Of a stretch of 64,000 bases of DNA, positions 51,611-64,000 are shown piece after piece. The translations under genes and the position numbers were made by a program. Within the stretch, counting starts at the first letter, position 1; each line of letters begins with the position of its first letter. Source of the stretch: Azolla caroliniana (taxonomy: Eukaryota; Plantae; Polypodiophyta); the NCBI GenBank assembly GCA_043228905.1, contig JBHGNT010000016.1:10788001-10852000 (forward strand), in the 5' to 3' direction. The notes below the pieces were generated by a model. That model was not told where the DNA came from. It saw only the letters and a list, made by a program, of their open reading frames with translations, and ran no database searches.

Positions 51611-52060
51611 TATTGCGTACTATTATTCACAATTGATGGAGCCGAGCGCGTTGCAGATCTCCTTGATCTTGGTGGTGTAGTTAGTGACCGACATGTCCCA
51701 TTGCCGGATACTATTGAGCTCTTCCCGAAGCTGCAATTTCCGAGCAGTGGTACTCGCGGCAAAAATCTTCCGGATATTTTCCCAGGCCTCCTTCGTTGAC
51801 TTTGCATCTCTGATGTAGCCGAGCATCTAGTTGTGTACACAAGATTTGAGGCAATACAACACTTTGCTCTCTCCTTGCTCCCATGTCGGGAAGTTCTTCT
51901 GTGTCGAATCCGGCGCTGTTACATTCGCTCCTTCCAGGTATCTCTAGTATCCATGCCCCAACAAGTATTGGTGCATTTTACACAACCAGGACACATAGTT
52001 GCTCCGGTCAAGCTTTTCCGTAGGAAGCGATCTCGCCATGCGTCTGTCCATACCTTCTTT
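51611..52060 (-). mobile_element. Copia gag fragment
   Basis: MLGYIRDAKSTKEAWENIRKIFAASTTARKLQLREELN. Confidence 0.85.
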
Positions 52061-52104
52061 TCTCGGTATGTTCTTTTACCGGTGGTTAGAGATTGTCTTT
52101 TCTT

Positions 52105-55100
52105 GGTATGGTTAAGAGCTCGACCCATGTAACATAAGGTTATGGGTTCGAGTCATTCCATATCATGACACTATCCCCCCTTTAAAACGACAAGTGTCAC
52201 GAGTCGTTTTGGATTGAGGATCCGGATTGTCTGGATATTGACAATGGAAGTCTTCAAGAAGAGCACGAGCATTGGTCACATTCTCTATTGGTTCCCAAGT
52301 ACGCTCACTAGGACTATATCCTAGCCAATCGACTAAATAGTAGAGCTTGTTGCAAACAATCTTGGAATCAAGGATGGCGGCAACCTCGTACTCAGATCCA
52401 TCTTCAAGTTCGATCGGGGGTGGAGGTTGTTTAATACGACCTGGATTGGTGTTTTCTTGATAGGGTGCGAGGAGAGAACTATGAAACACCGGGTGTATCC
52501 GAAGTTGTGGAGGTAGATCAAGACGAAAAGCAACATCATTAATTTTTCCGATAATACGGAAAGGACCTAATCGTCAATAATCCAACTTCTCGCATGGGCA
52601 AGTAGTCTTAATCTGTCGTCGTAGTAGCCATACCCGATCTCCAATGTTGAAACTGAATGGAAGCCGATGACGATCCGTGTAAACCTTGTGTGTTTGTGGA
52701 GCTTGTTGTTGAGGAGTAGATAAATCCGTATAAGCATAAAATGGTGTAACCTTTGTTGATGAGTGGAGAATATCCGTCCAGTTATCTTGATGATAGCTTA
52801 GAAAGCACCGAAGATACTACTCCAACGTTTGATTTGTTCGTTCTATTTGGCCGTCTGTTTGCGGGTGGTAGCCAGAGGAGAGGTTTCAAGTGACCTTGAT
52901 CATTTTAAAGAGGTGCTTCCAGAATTTCGAGACGAACTGGGGTCCATGGTCGCTAATGATACTATCGGGAAGGCCATGATGCTGACATACTTCACACATG
53001 ATAGTTTCGGCGGTTTCGTCACTGGAAATTTCCTTAGAACATGGCAGGAAATGAGCCATCTTCGTATATCGATCTACTACTGTTAAGATCGCATCGAATC
53101 CCTTAGAGACCGGAAGATCTGTGATGAAATCTAGAGCAATGGATTGCCACAGCTTGCTTGGAATTGGTAATGGTTCTAATAAACTATATGGATGATGCCT
53201 TGGCATTTTTGCTCTGCAACATGTATCACAAGTTTGAACAAAATCTTCGACAAATTGTCGCATATGGGGCCACAAGAATGATCATTGTACTAAATCTAAT
53301 GTTTTAGTACTACCAAAATGCCCAGAGGTATATATGTCATAATAGTTTTGGACTACTCGAAGGCAACAAGAACCATTAGGAACATACAAGAGTTTCTTAA
53401 AGAATAGTAATCCATCATGACATTTGAATTGTCGATAGTTCGTACTTGGTTGTTGCGACTGTGAACAAGATGCTCGAGAGGGATCAATTTGTGCTAGAAT
53501 GGCTTGGGCGAAAGCATCTGTCTTCAAGTCCTAACGTATGGTATCGATAACGTGGGAATCCCAAGGCATACCGAAGACCCGAGTTGCTAGCAGTCGTGCT
53601 GGTCCTAGGATTACTTGCTTTTGGTTATCGAAAGCTGGCTCGCCAGGACGCGGTGCTAGATACGAGCATCGTGATAATGCATCTGCCTTCCCTTGTTGCT
53701 TCCCCAGATGATATGTAATTTTGAAGTTGAAATGAGTGAGGAATTGGGGCCACCGAGCTTGACGTCGATTTAACACACGCGCATTCTGAAAGTAGGGAAG
53801 GTTTTTGTGATCACTGAATACGATAACTTGATGAGAAGATCCCTCTAGGCAATGCCTCCATTGTGTAAAAGAGTCCACTATTGCTAATAGCTCCTTATCA
53901 TGGATCAACAGGAGCTAGAATAGAGATTAGCTTTGAAATCAAGGACCAAAAGCCTAAGTGATATGGAACTAAGTGCTAAATTAAAAAGCCTATCACTAGA
54001 TGCAAGCAGGAGGGTTTGTGTGATTGAACCATCGAAAAAGCTAGATACTCGGAGATGTGGTTTATATGTTGAGTATGGTCTTCAGTACATGCGAAACAAA
54101 ATGCGAACATGAAGTTTTCAAACTACTAGCTAGGGTGGACAACCATGTTGGAGATTGTTTTCACCTTTATATGTGGTCTTCTAGCTCGATGTAGCAAAGG
54201 TGTTATTGGAAAGGTTGAGAGTTGTATTCATGGATTATAATTATCATTATCTTGCCAAATGCCAAAGCTTATATTTGGTCTCGTTTTGGATAATATATAT
54301 TTGTGGAGATGAAACAATATTATGTACTATTTCTATACTGCCGTTGGCCTTTTATTAATACCAATGGAGCATATGTTTTATGGGAAAAAAAAAAACGTGA
54401 GCTAGAATAGGAGCTGATATAAATGCTTTCTTAAGACTCACAAAAGCCGTATCCGCTTCTTTAGACCAAACAAATGACTGCCCCTTCTTGGTAAGTTGTG
54501 TGAGAGGCAGAATAAGCTTTGAGTAATCTTATATAAACTTGCGGTAGAAATTGGCGAAGCCTAAAAAGCATTGCACATCTCGCAACAAACGTGGAGTCTG
54601 CCACTCTACCACAGTTTTGACCTTAGCTGGATCCATAGAGATGCCTTCCGAGGAGATGACATAGCCTAGAAATTCCACCTGGTTGCACTCGAAACTACAT
54701 TTTTCTAGCTTTGCATAAAGACCATGTTCTCGAAGTCATTTTAGTACTAATAGAACATGATTCTCATGTTCTTCTTGAGTCTTCGAATAAACCAGTAGAT
54801 CATCCAAATCGATGATCAAAAAAATATCCAAGAGATCTTGAAATATATCATTTGCCATATGTTGGAAGACTGTTGGCGCATTAGTGAGACCGAATGGCAT
54901 AACTGTATACTCGAAGTGCCCATATCTGGTGCAAAACGCGGTCTTCCATTCATCCTTGGTCGGATCCGTACGAGGTTATATGCTCCTCATAAGTCGATCT
55001 TTGTGAAGAACTTTGCACCATTGATCCATTCTAAGATATTCGAGATAAGCGAAAGTGCATGCCTATTCCTGATGGTGATCTTATTCAAGCCAAGATAATC

Positions 55101-55785
55101 TACAACGAGACGAAGTGATCCATCCTTTTTCTTGACAAAGAAAATGGGTGCGCTGGCTGGAGATTTCGAATGTCGAATGAAACCGTTTGCCAAATTCTCC
55201 TCTATGTAGGCTCAAAGGACTTCTAGCTCGGTTGGTGACAAGTTGTAGGTCAGTCTCCATGGTGGCTCTTTTCTCAGTTGTAAATCAATGGGACAATCAT
55301 ACGGTCGGTGGTGAGGAAGCGTACTGGCTTGTACCTTATCGAACACATCGGCATAATGAAGATACTTCTCTGGAAGTTGAACTGTGGATTCCTCTTTAGT
55401 GGTGTTGGAAGGTTTTACTGATACTGCGAAGACAAACATTGCTTCCTTGCATCCTCCCTCACGCAATTGATGTAGTGAAATGGTTGCAATCCTATGAGTA
55501 GGTCCTTGGGTTTGTCGATACTGGATTTCTCTTGTTCTCCAATCTATGTTTGGGTTATGTAATTCGAACCATGGTAACCCCAAGACAATTGGATGATCTG
55601 GACCACTAATTATATTAAATGATACTACACACACCAAATTATCTAGGACAACCTGAATCAACTCTTACTCTTCTACGATATTTCGGAAGCAATGGGACGA
55701 CCATCAATAACTACTACAGATGTTGGGCAATGGGACGACCATCAATAACTACTACAGATGTTGGGCAATGGGACGACCATCAATA
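52105..55785 (-). mobile_element. Degenerate chromovirus C, relative of element A; PR to chromodomain, PPT and stub of the 3' LTR
   Basis: ORFs closely similar to A (PIVLGLPWFELHNP, IHDKELLAIVDSF, YYLVDWLGY). PPT AAGGGGGGATAG then TGTCATGA at 52170. Confidence 0.92.
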
Positions 55786-55911
55786 CACTTGCATACATGC
55801 ATATATGTAGCTACATTTAAACATTACATCCATAAATATGTATATACATACATTACACCCATTTATACATGCATAGTGACTAAACATGAATATGTATACA
55901 AATATATATTA

Positions 55912-56139
55912 AAGGGAAAAGTACCAAGATACCCCTAGAAGTTCGTCTATTTACTAGAATGCCCCTGGAAATTCCAAATTTACCAAACTACCCGTATGTC
56001 CAAAAAAATACACTTTATAAAGTAAGTACAAAGGATAAAGTGTATTTTTTTGGACATAGGGGTAGTTTGGTAAATTTGGAACTTCCAGGGGCATTCTAGT
56101 AAATAGACGAACTTCGAAGGGTATCCTGGTACTTTTCCC
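55912..56139. mobile_element. Fold-back MITE (Mutator-like)
   Basis: ~105-bp inverted arms 55914-56018 and 56035-56139 with a 16-nt loop. TATATATTA on both flanks (55903-55911, 56140-56148). Confidence 0.85.
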
Positions 56140-56339
56140 TATATATTATCATATGTAGATATGTACATACACATACATAAATACAAATATGTACATGCAT
56201 ACATGCTACATACATATATAATAAGGCATATATATTGACAGATAATAATACATGCATAAAAATTACGTATTACATATCATATAATCCATTCATATTACAC
56301 AATATACAAATTTACACACACATACATGCACTGCATTAC

Positions 56340-56375
<36 letters not shown>

Positions 56376-56570
56376 ATATCTATATATATATGCGCTCGAT
56401 GAATGTACATTTCTGTCGGCGGATTCGTTACCTATTCCATTAAATCCAAGTAAATTTATATTGTCTATCCATCTATTCGGATGGGTAGACACCAACAACT
56501 TCGGAGTCTAGCTAGCTCAACGATATGGGCAACCTCAAAATGATAAATACTGTAAGTTTTTATGCAGTAA

Positions 56571-56607
<37 letters not shown>

Positions 56608-56863
56608 CATATGTACATAAATATTCCACATATCGCCATATATATATATATATTATAGGTTATATGGAACCATACAACCTACAATACTTACATATATACA
56701 TACATACATACACACACGTCGGATATATGATTGCATATTACGTACATATTGAAAACATAAATCCATATAGGATCCATACACATACTAGACATGAAAATAT
56801 CCCAAAAATATACATACATAAATACATTACATATATACACATACGTACATTCATACATATACA

Positions 56864-57536
56864 TAGCAATGGGCCTAGTTTCGGCTCAAACCAAACCAAA
56901 CCGTTAAACCGTGGCTTAACGGTTTATTGGTTAAAAGATAAATAAACCATTTGGTTTGGTTTCAAATGTTATGATCCGGTTTGGTTTCGATTCGGTTCGG
57001 TTTTGATTGTCATGGTTTAGCGGTTTATCGGTTTCCGTTTATGTGGTTCGGTTTAAAGGTTTAAAGGTTTATAGGTTTATAGGTTAAAAAATATTCTTAA
57101 ATTTTCATCTCTAGGCTCTAACTTTCAACTTTTAATTTAAAACCTCTAGGCTCTAACTTTTAACTTTTAATTTTAAACCTCTATGCTCTAACTTATTAAA
57201 TTTTATATTCATTATAAGTAGAGTCTTCTTTTTATATATGATTATCAAATTTATGATAAGTATGATGACCAAATTTATAATATGTATGATGACCAATTTT
57301 ATGACAAGTATAATGACCAATTTTATGACAAGTATAATGACCAATTTTATGATGATTTTCTCAGACAAATTCATAATATGTATGATAATCAATATCTCTA
57401 AAAAATGATTTTAATTTATGATAAACCGGTTTGGTTTGGTTCTAAATTTTCCGTAAACGGTTTGGTTTGGTTTTTATTATAAATAAATGGTTTGGTTTGG
57501 TTTCAAGGCCAAGAAACCGAACCGGGATCATTGCTA
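56864..57536. mobile_element. Non-autonomous hAT-type element
   Basis: TIR TAGCAATG...CATTGCTA. 8-bp TSD CATATACA/CATGTACA. Dense subterminal AAACC(G)/GGTTT motifs. Confidence 0.85.
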
Positions 57537-58557
57537 CATGTACATACATATATTAATTCATAGATTGCTACACATATATACGTACATACATACACACACA
57601 TCGGATATATGACAGCATATTACGTACGTATTGAAAACATAAATCCATATACGATCCATACACATACTAGACATGAAAATATCCCAAAAAAATAATACAT
57701 TACATATATACACATACATACATTCATACATGTACATACATATATTCATTCATAGATTGCTACACGTATATACGTACATATACAAATTTTACAAACATAC
57801 ATCCATACACATACATACATACATTACATATGTACATACATATCACCACATACACGAACATTGACACACACATGGTCATACACACTATAATAGTACATAT
57901 ATGCATACACATACATACATTAGATATATACATACATATTATGCACATATTATAAACACACATCCATACACATTAAATCATGTGCATTGACATATGCATA
58001 TATGCATACAAGTACATACATACATATTCCACATATCACTATATATATATATATATATATATGTCATACAGGGACATACAAGTTACAATACTTTCATACA
58101 GACACACACACACATTAGATATATGTATGCTTACACATACATTGGATATATGCATGCATATTATGTGATATTGCAAACATGCATCCATATATGAGCCATA
58201 CACATACTAAACACGATAAATACACCGAAAATATACATACATAAATACATTACATATTACACGTATACACATATATGCATTCGTACATGGACACACATAT
58301 ATTCATTCATACACTGACACAAGTATATAGGTACACATGCCTACAATGATACTTGTATAAATGTTACCAACTTACATCCATACATGTACATACATGCATG
58401 CATACATACATACGTGCATATGTGTATATATGTATGTGGTGTGTGTGTATGTATATATTGTATTGTATGCAGGAATATCACACATAACACATATACACAT
58501 ACACATGTGCCATACATACAATACATACATATGGACATGTAAAGAATATATATACAC

Positions 58558-59129
58558 TCAACAGATATGGCAACGGCTCCTTAAAATTTTCGCTAATTAT
58601 TTTCCCCCGTTGGTTCTCACTTGGGGCATGGTCGTTTGGACATCACTTGCCCGTGATGTGTTCCATTATGGCATCGAATCTATGGACCATGGGTTTTACA
58701 CTAAAAATGGAAGTGTTCGTACATTATCACTGATGTCATTACAGTTTTCAGGAGTAAGGAAGGAAGTTCAGCCAATATGGGAGATATTGAGTAGTACCAC
58801 TGTCTATCACATTTGGAAAGCTCGGTGTTCTCTCGTTTTCCATAATCTGAAAACACCACCTGCTGAAGTGATTTCTAATATTTGGTTAGAGATAGTTCAT
58901 GCTTTGAAGGGTCAATGGGATGGTATAGTGGGAGATTCTGATGCTAAAATTGCTCAACGGCATGAGTTTCTTATTATCTGGACAGCTACTCCATTTGTGA
59001 CATCCAGGTACACTACTCCTTATTGGCATTTTCAGCCACCGAAATGGTTGTTTCCCCCGCCGATTACATAGAGGTTTAAAATCTTGTAATTTGTTTATAC
59101 TAATGACAGGATATCTTCTTTAAAAAAAA
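58558..59129 (+). mobile_element. 5'-truncated L1-type LINE 3' end with poly(A)
   Basis: C-terminal ORF2-like YHIWKARCSLVF ending at 59071, short 3' UTR, A-tail. 17-bp TSD AAAGAATATATATACAC (58541-58557, 59130-59146). Confidence 0.88.
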
Positions 59130-59334
59130 AAAGAATATATATACACACACATGCCATACATACGATACATTCAACACATGCAATACAATACAATATGTAC
59201 ATACACACACATACATATATACACATGCAATACAATACATACATATGGACATGTAAAGAATATATATACACACACATGCCATACATACGATACATTCAAC
59301 ACATGCAATACAATACATACATATGTACATCAAT

Positions 59335-59377
<43 letters not shown>

Positions 59378-60399
59378 CACATACATACATAGACACATGA
59401 TATATATATAATGTACATAATACATACATACGTATGTAGAAATATAGAATACACACACACACACATATACCACATACATTCGTACACAAATGTGATACAC
59501 ACATACACACATATAACACATATGTGCATGGACACATGCCATACATACAATACATACATATGCACCTATATAGAACATACACACACATAACACATAGATA
59601 CATTATACATAGTCACATGCCATACATACAACACATGCAACACAATACAATATGTACATACATACACATGCACACATGTCATACATACAATGCATATATA
59701 CAATAATGCAATTAAAACAAAAAGATACAATACAATACAACATGTGCATACATGTACCTATACGCATCAATACATACACACAACATGTACATACATAAAC
59801 ATGCATATATGCATCAATACATACACGCAACACATACATATATATGCATGTGCAATATAATACAAATGCACATATATAGAACATACACATACATGCTATA
59901 CATATAATACATACAATACATACTTAAGCACAAGTATAAAACATATACATACATGCTATACATATACACACATGCAATACAATGCACATATATAGAACAT
60001 ACAATACATATGAAATACATAGAACATACAATACATATGAAAGACATAGAACATACACATAAGCATTTAACACATACCCTACATACTCACATGCCATACA
60101 CACAATACATACAATATAATATGTAATATGTAATACACTCACAGGCCATACATACAATATAATATGTAATACACTCACATGCCTAACATACAATATATAC
60201 AATACAATAAAATTATACAATATGTACCAACATACATACACATAACACATACATATATACAACATACACACTATTTTTAAAACACTAATTGTTTGAAAAA
60301 ATGGGGGAAGAAAGGCGGGGGAGATTAGATAGATATGTGTTGTTAGCAAAAAGTGGGGGGAAAAAAGAAGAAAGGGGGGGGGGAGGAGAGAGAGATTCA

Positions 60400-63300
60400 G
60401 CTTTGTTAACTTTTTCTCTTCCTTTCTCTCTCTCTCTCTCTCCCTTTGTGTCTATCTTGCTCACGCATACACAGGTTCTTCTTCATCACGAATGTTGCTT
60501 GCACTTCCGCATTGACGGCCTTGTCCCCAACATTTGGTATCAGAGCATTGGAGGTTCTTCAACCCGTTGCCGGGCGTCATCGCACAATACAACATTCTGT
60601 TTTCGTTTTCTTTGAAGAACAGAGAAGGGAGAAGAAAAACAAAAAGCTTGCATCTCACTGTGTTAAATCACTAATTGGAGTAAGCCAACCGGTTGTACTC
60701 AATTCTTGTGATTGTAACCGCTTGAGGGGAGCTCCTTCAGCAACAACCGACCCAATCGTGCATCATTTGGTTAAACAACATCCGAATAGGTCATCGGACG
60801 CTATTCACCCACTTGCTATAACCACCCGCTGCAGATTGGTCTCCTTGAGCAACAACCACTTCGTGCTTCACTCAGTTGATCGACATTCGGGAGGATCAAT
60901 TGGATCCGTCCCTCTCATCACTACAGTCATCCGAAGCAGAATCGGCCCAAACAATCGGTTTTGTGTAATCGGTATTCGGCATACAATCGGAAGCTAACCG
61001 GGCTCACTCCGACTCGACAACATTCAGGAAGACCAGCCAGCCGGTTCTGTCCCTCAAGTTACCGGAGTGATTCCGAGCAAGTTCAGCAACAAGTATCCGA
61101 AACCAAACCGACTCGAACGATATCGGGTGAGCCGACCGACTGCACCCCACTAAGGTTCGTAGTCAACTCCAAACCGAGTCTTACCAACCGAAATCGAAGC
61201 AGATGGCATCAACATCTGGCTCATCGGAGATGAGTCTAAGGAGGTTCGATGGTTCGAACTTCAACTTCTGGAAGGAACAAATCCAGGACTATCTCTAGAC
61301 CCGATTGAGAATGAAAATCCTCTAGAAGCATACAAGGCAAACGAGTGGCTAAAGCTGGACAGAATCGTCCGGGCCACGATTGAACTTGTCGGAGTTAGTG
61401 TACTTCACAGTGCAATCATGCACGACAACGTTTGAACTTTGGAAAACACTATCGGAAACTTATGAAAAGAAGGTTGCCACAACGAAGATGTATCTGATCC
61501 GGCACCTCTACAACTTGCGGAGGAAAGAATCTGATTCGGTTCAGGCACACCTCAACGAGTACGAAAGCATAAGCTCCCAAATCTCGTCTCAGGGGACGAC
61601 TATCGAGGATGAACTCAAAGCAATGATACTCATGAGTAGTCTCACCTCTTCATGGAAAACTTTCGTTACAACCATGTGCAATGCTTCAACAGCTTCCGTT
61701 AAGTACTCCGAAGTCACGATCGCAATCCTGACTGAAGCAGCTCGGAGAAAGTCTTTCGCCAAAGACTTGGCAGATGAAGCTTACGTAGTACAAGGTTCGA
61801 CCGACCGATCGAACAACTGGGGAAGAAGTTCTTCCCGACCGCCGAACAATCAGCAAAGCGGGAGCAAGTCCTGGGACAACCGAATCTACAACTACTACAA
61901 GAAACCGGGACACATCAAAGCCGATTGTTGGGCACTCAAAGCAAAAACCGACAAAGCTCAGAGAGCGGATCAGAAGAGTAGCCGGCATGAGGAGGTCAAC
62001 TACGTCGCCTCTTCAGTCGAAGTTTTAACAACCGATCCGAACATCTTGTCCATAGAGAACCCAATCGAATCAGAAGTCCTGCTTACGACTGAAGAATCGA
62101 GCACATGGCTTCTGGACTCGGGCGCATCGTATCATGTGACAACTCACCGATCTCAGTTTTGGCAATACTCGGACCGGCACTCCGACTCAGTTCGAGTCGG
62201 AAACTCGCAGCATTGTGCTATAATCGGAATCGGCACCGTAGAGCTCAATCTTCCGGGAGGCTCTACACTCGTACTACACAACGTCTGACACGTTCCTGAT
62301 CTTTCAAGACCCTTGATCTCATTCGAACAACTTGACGAAGCCGGCATCCGTGCCGGATTCTCATCAGGAGGGTGGACACTCCACAAAGGGAACCTCCTGC
62401 TTGCTCAAGGACCAAGGGTACATTCCTTGTATCCTTTATATGTCACACTCAAAGAGGGTGAATTATTTTTGGTTGATATCCCCGTGTCATCGTTATGGCA
62501 CGGACAACTTGGACACCTCAGCAAGGCCGGCATAATGCACCTATCCAGAGCCGGTTACATCCCCAAACTCTCTTTCTCGGATCACCAATTCTACGAGCAT
62601 TTCCAGTACGGCAAACAGGTAGCCGCATCACACCCGACATCGGCACCAAGAGAATCGAGCCCACTCGATTTGGTCCACTCGGACGTCTGTGGCCCGATGC
62701 CACATCAGCCTCTCGGCGGTGCTTCATACTTCGTCAGTTTTATTGACGACTAGACTCGGAAGGTGTGGGCTTACCCCATTAGAACCAAAGATCGGGTGTT
62801 CTCGATCTTCTCTGAATGGCTTGCAATGGTCGAAAATCAGACCGGTCGGCAATTGAAATGTCTCCGAACCGACAATGGAGGAGAATTCAAGTCTGAAGAA
62901 TTCATCAAATTCTACCGGGAATGCGGCATTCGACGTGTATATACGACACCCTATAGTCCGGAGCAGAACGGAATTGTTGAACGCATGAATCGGACGATTC
63001 AAGAACGCGTAGTATCCATGCTCCAACACTCTGAACTGTCGGATGGATTCTCAGCGGAGGCTCTACTTACGGCAGTACACATAATCAATATGTCACCAAG
63101 TAGACCTCTAAGACTTCAAATACCTCAGGAAATATGGACCGGTAGTAAGCCGAATTATGACAAACTGAGGATCTTCAGTTGCGAGGCGTATGCTCTCATA
63201 CCGAAAGATGACCACCGGAAACTCGAACCAAGGTCAAGGAAATGTGTTTTTCTTGGATATGGACCCGACGGAGAGATCGGATACCAACTCTGGGACCCCG

Positions 63301-64000
63301 AGCATAGACAAATCGTCTGAAGTTCATACGTCGTGTTCAACGAGTCGGCTATGCATAAAACGGCCGAAAGGCCTATTGAAGTCCGAAGGGTAATATTTTC
63401 CGAAGTGCCAACCCTTCATGACGGCCCAGTCCACAACACAAGATTGGTTTCACAGGTAACTGACAACTCTCGCACCAAATCCGCCGATTCGGCACAACCG
63501 AATGGCTCGACTCCCGACCATCCAACATTGACACCCGGTGCGACTAGTCCAGTCATACCTCGCAGATCCGAGAGACTGCCGCAACCTTCGAAGAGGTACC
63601 CTCCCGGAATTTTCTTTACCAACGCCGGCGAACCGACGTCCTACGAAGAAGCATCGACATCTACCGATTCAGCCCCATCGCATCTAGCAAGGAGTCGGAA
63701 ATGCACTCCATTCGGGAAAACAAGACTTGGGACTTGGTCGAATTACCGAAGAATCAACGTGCTCTTCCGTGTAAGTGGGTCTATCGACTAAAAGAGACGT
63801 CCGACTCGACCACCCCAAAGTACAAGGCCAGATTAGTTGCGAAGGGATTTCGACAAGAATATGGCGTCGACTTCGACGAAATCTTTTCACCAGTGGTGAA
63901 AATGAAGACCCTTCATTTCATGCTCGGCGTCGTGGCTGCTGAAAACGTGGAGCTGATTCAGCTAGATGTAAAAACGGCATTCCTCCACGATGACCTACAG
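60400..64000 (+). mobile_element. Ty1/Copia element of the same family as 26679-32312, running off the window
   Basis: LTR end at 60532, PBS 60535-60546. gag-PR-IN-RT closely similar to the minus-strand copy (EESSTWLLDSGASYHVT). LTR start uncertain. Confidence 0.93.

Larger units (their letters stand above)
55790..60290. repeat. TA/CA-rich low-complexity tract with internal duplications and three insertions
   Basis: ATAC/ATAT/ACAC mosaics. ~200-bp duplication (56700-56863+57537-57590 versus 57590-57780) and ~124-bp duplication near 59130-59320. Confidence 0.9.

Noticed and set aside
56390-56565. Short complex-sequence island between (TA)n runs
   Set aside because: No termini, TSD or coding motif I can support.
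58361-59071. 236-aa ORF as a host gene
   Set aside because: Chimera of simple-repeat sequence and a LINE ORF2 C-terminus bounded by a TSD.
57558-60349. Many C/Y/V/M/H/T-rich ORFs
   Set aside because: Translations of TA/CA low-complexity DNA.

Overview
Eukaryotic, plant-type, retrotransposon-dense window. The mix of Ty3/Gypsy lineages suggests a non-seed plant such as a fern (inference). Only one host gene is supported: a two-exon secreted legume-type (L-type) lectin on the minus strand (23173-22062). The rest is mostly nested mobile DNA with readable termini, TSDs, PBS and PPT: a young chromovirus (4299-10153), Copia elements, LINEs, a hAT remnant, two MITEs, and a 20.7-kb nest (26002-46730) holding three further elements and a solo LTR. 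The most striking pattern is that four different Ty3/Gypsy LTR families each carry a tRNA-like A-box/B-box module with tRNA-exact spacing, always antisense and always near the U3 end. Other observations: a Tf1-type self-priming signature, two -1 frameshift cassettes with pseudoknot potential (one after the protease), an integrant with two U5 ends, an element with a tRNA-3'-end-like sequence in place of its PPT, and heat-shock-element arrays in an LTR. All coordinates and counts were read by eye and no searches were run.
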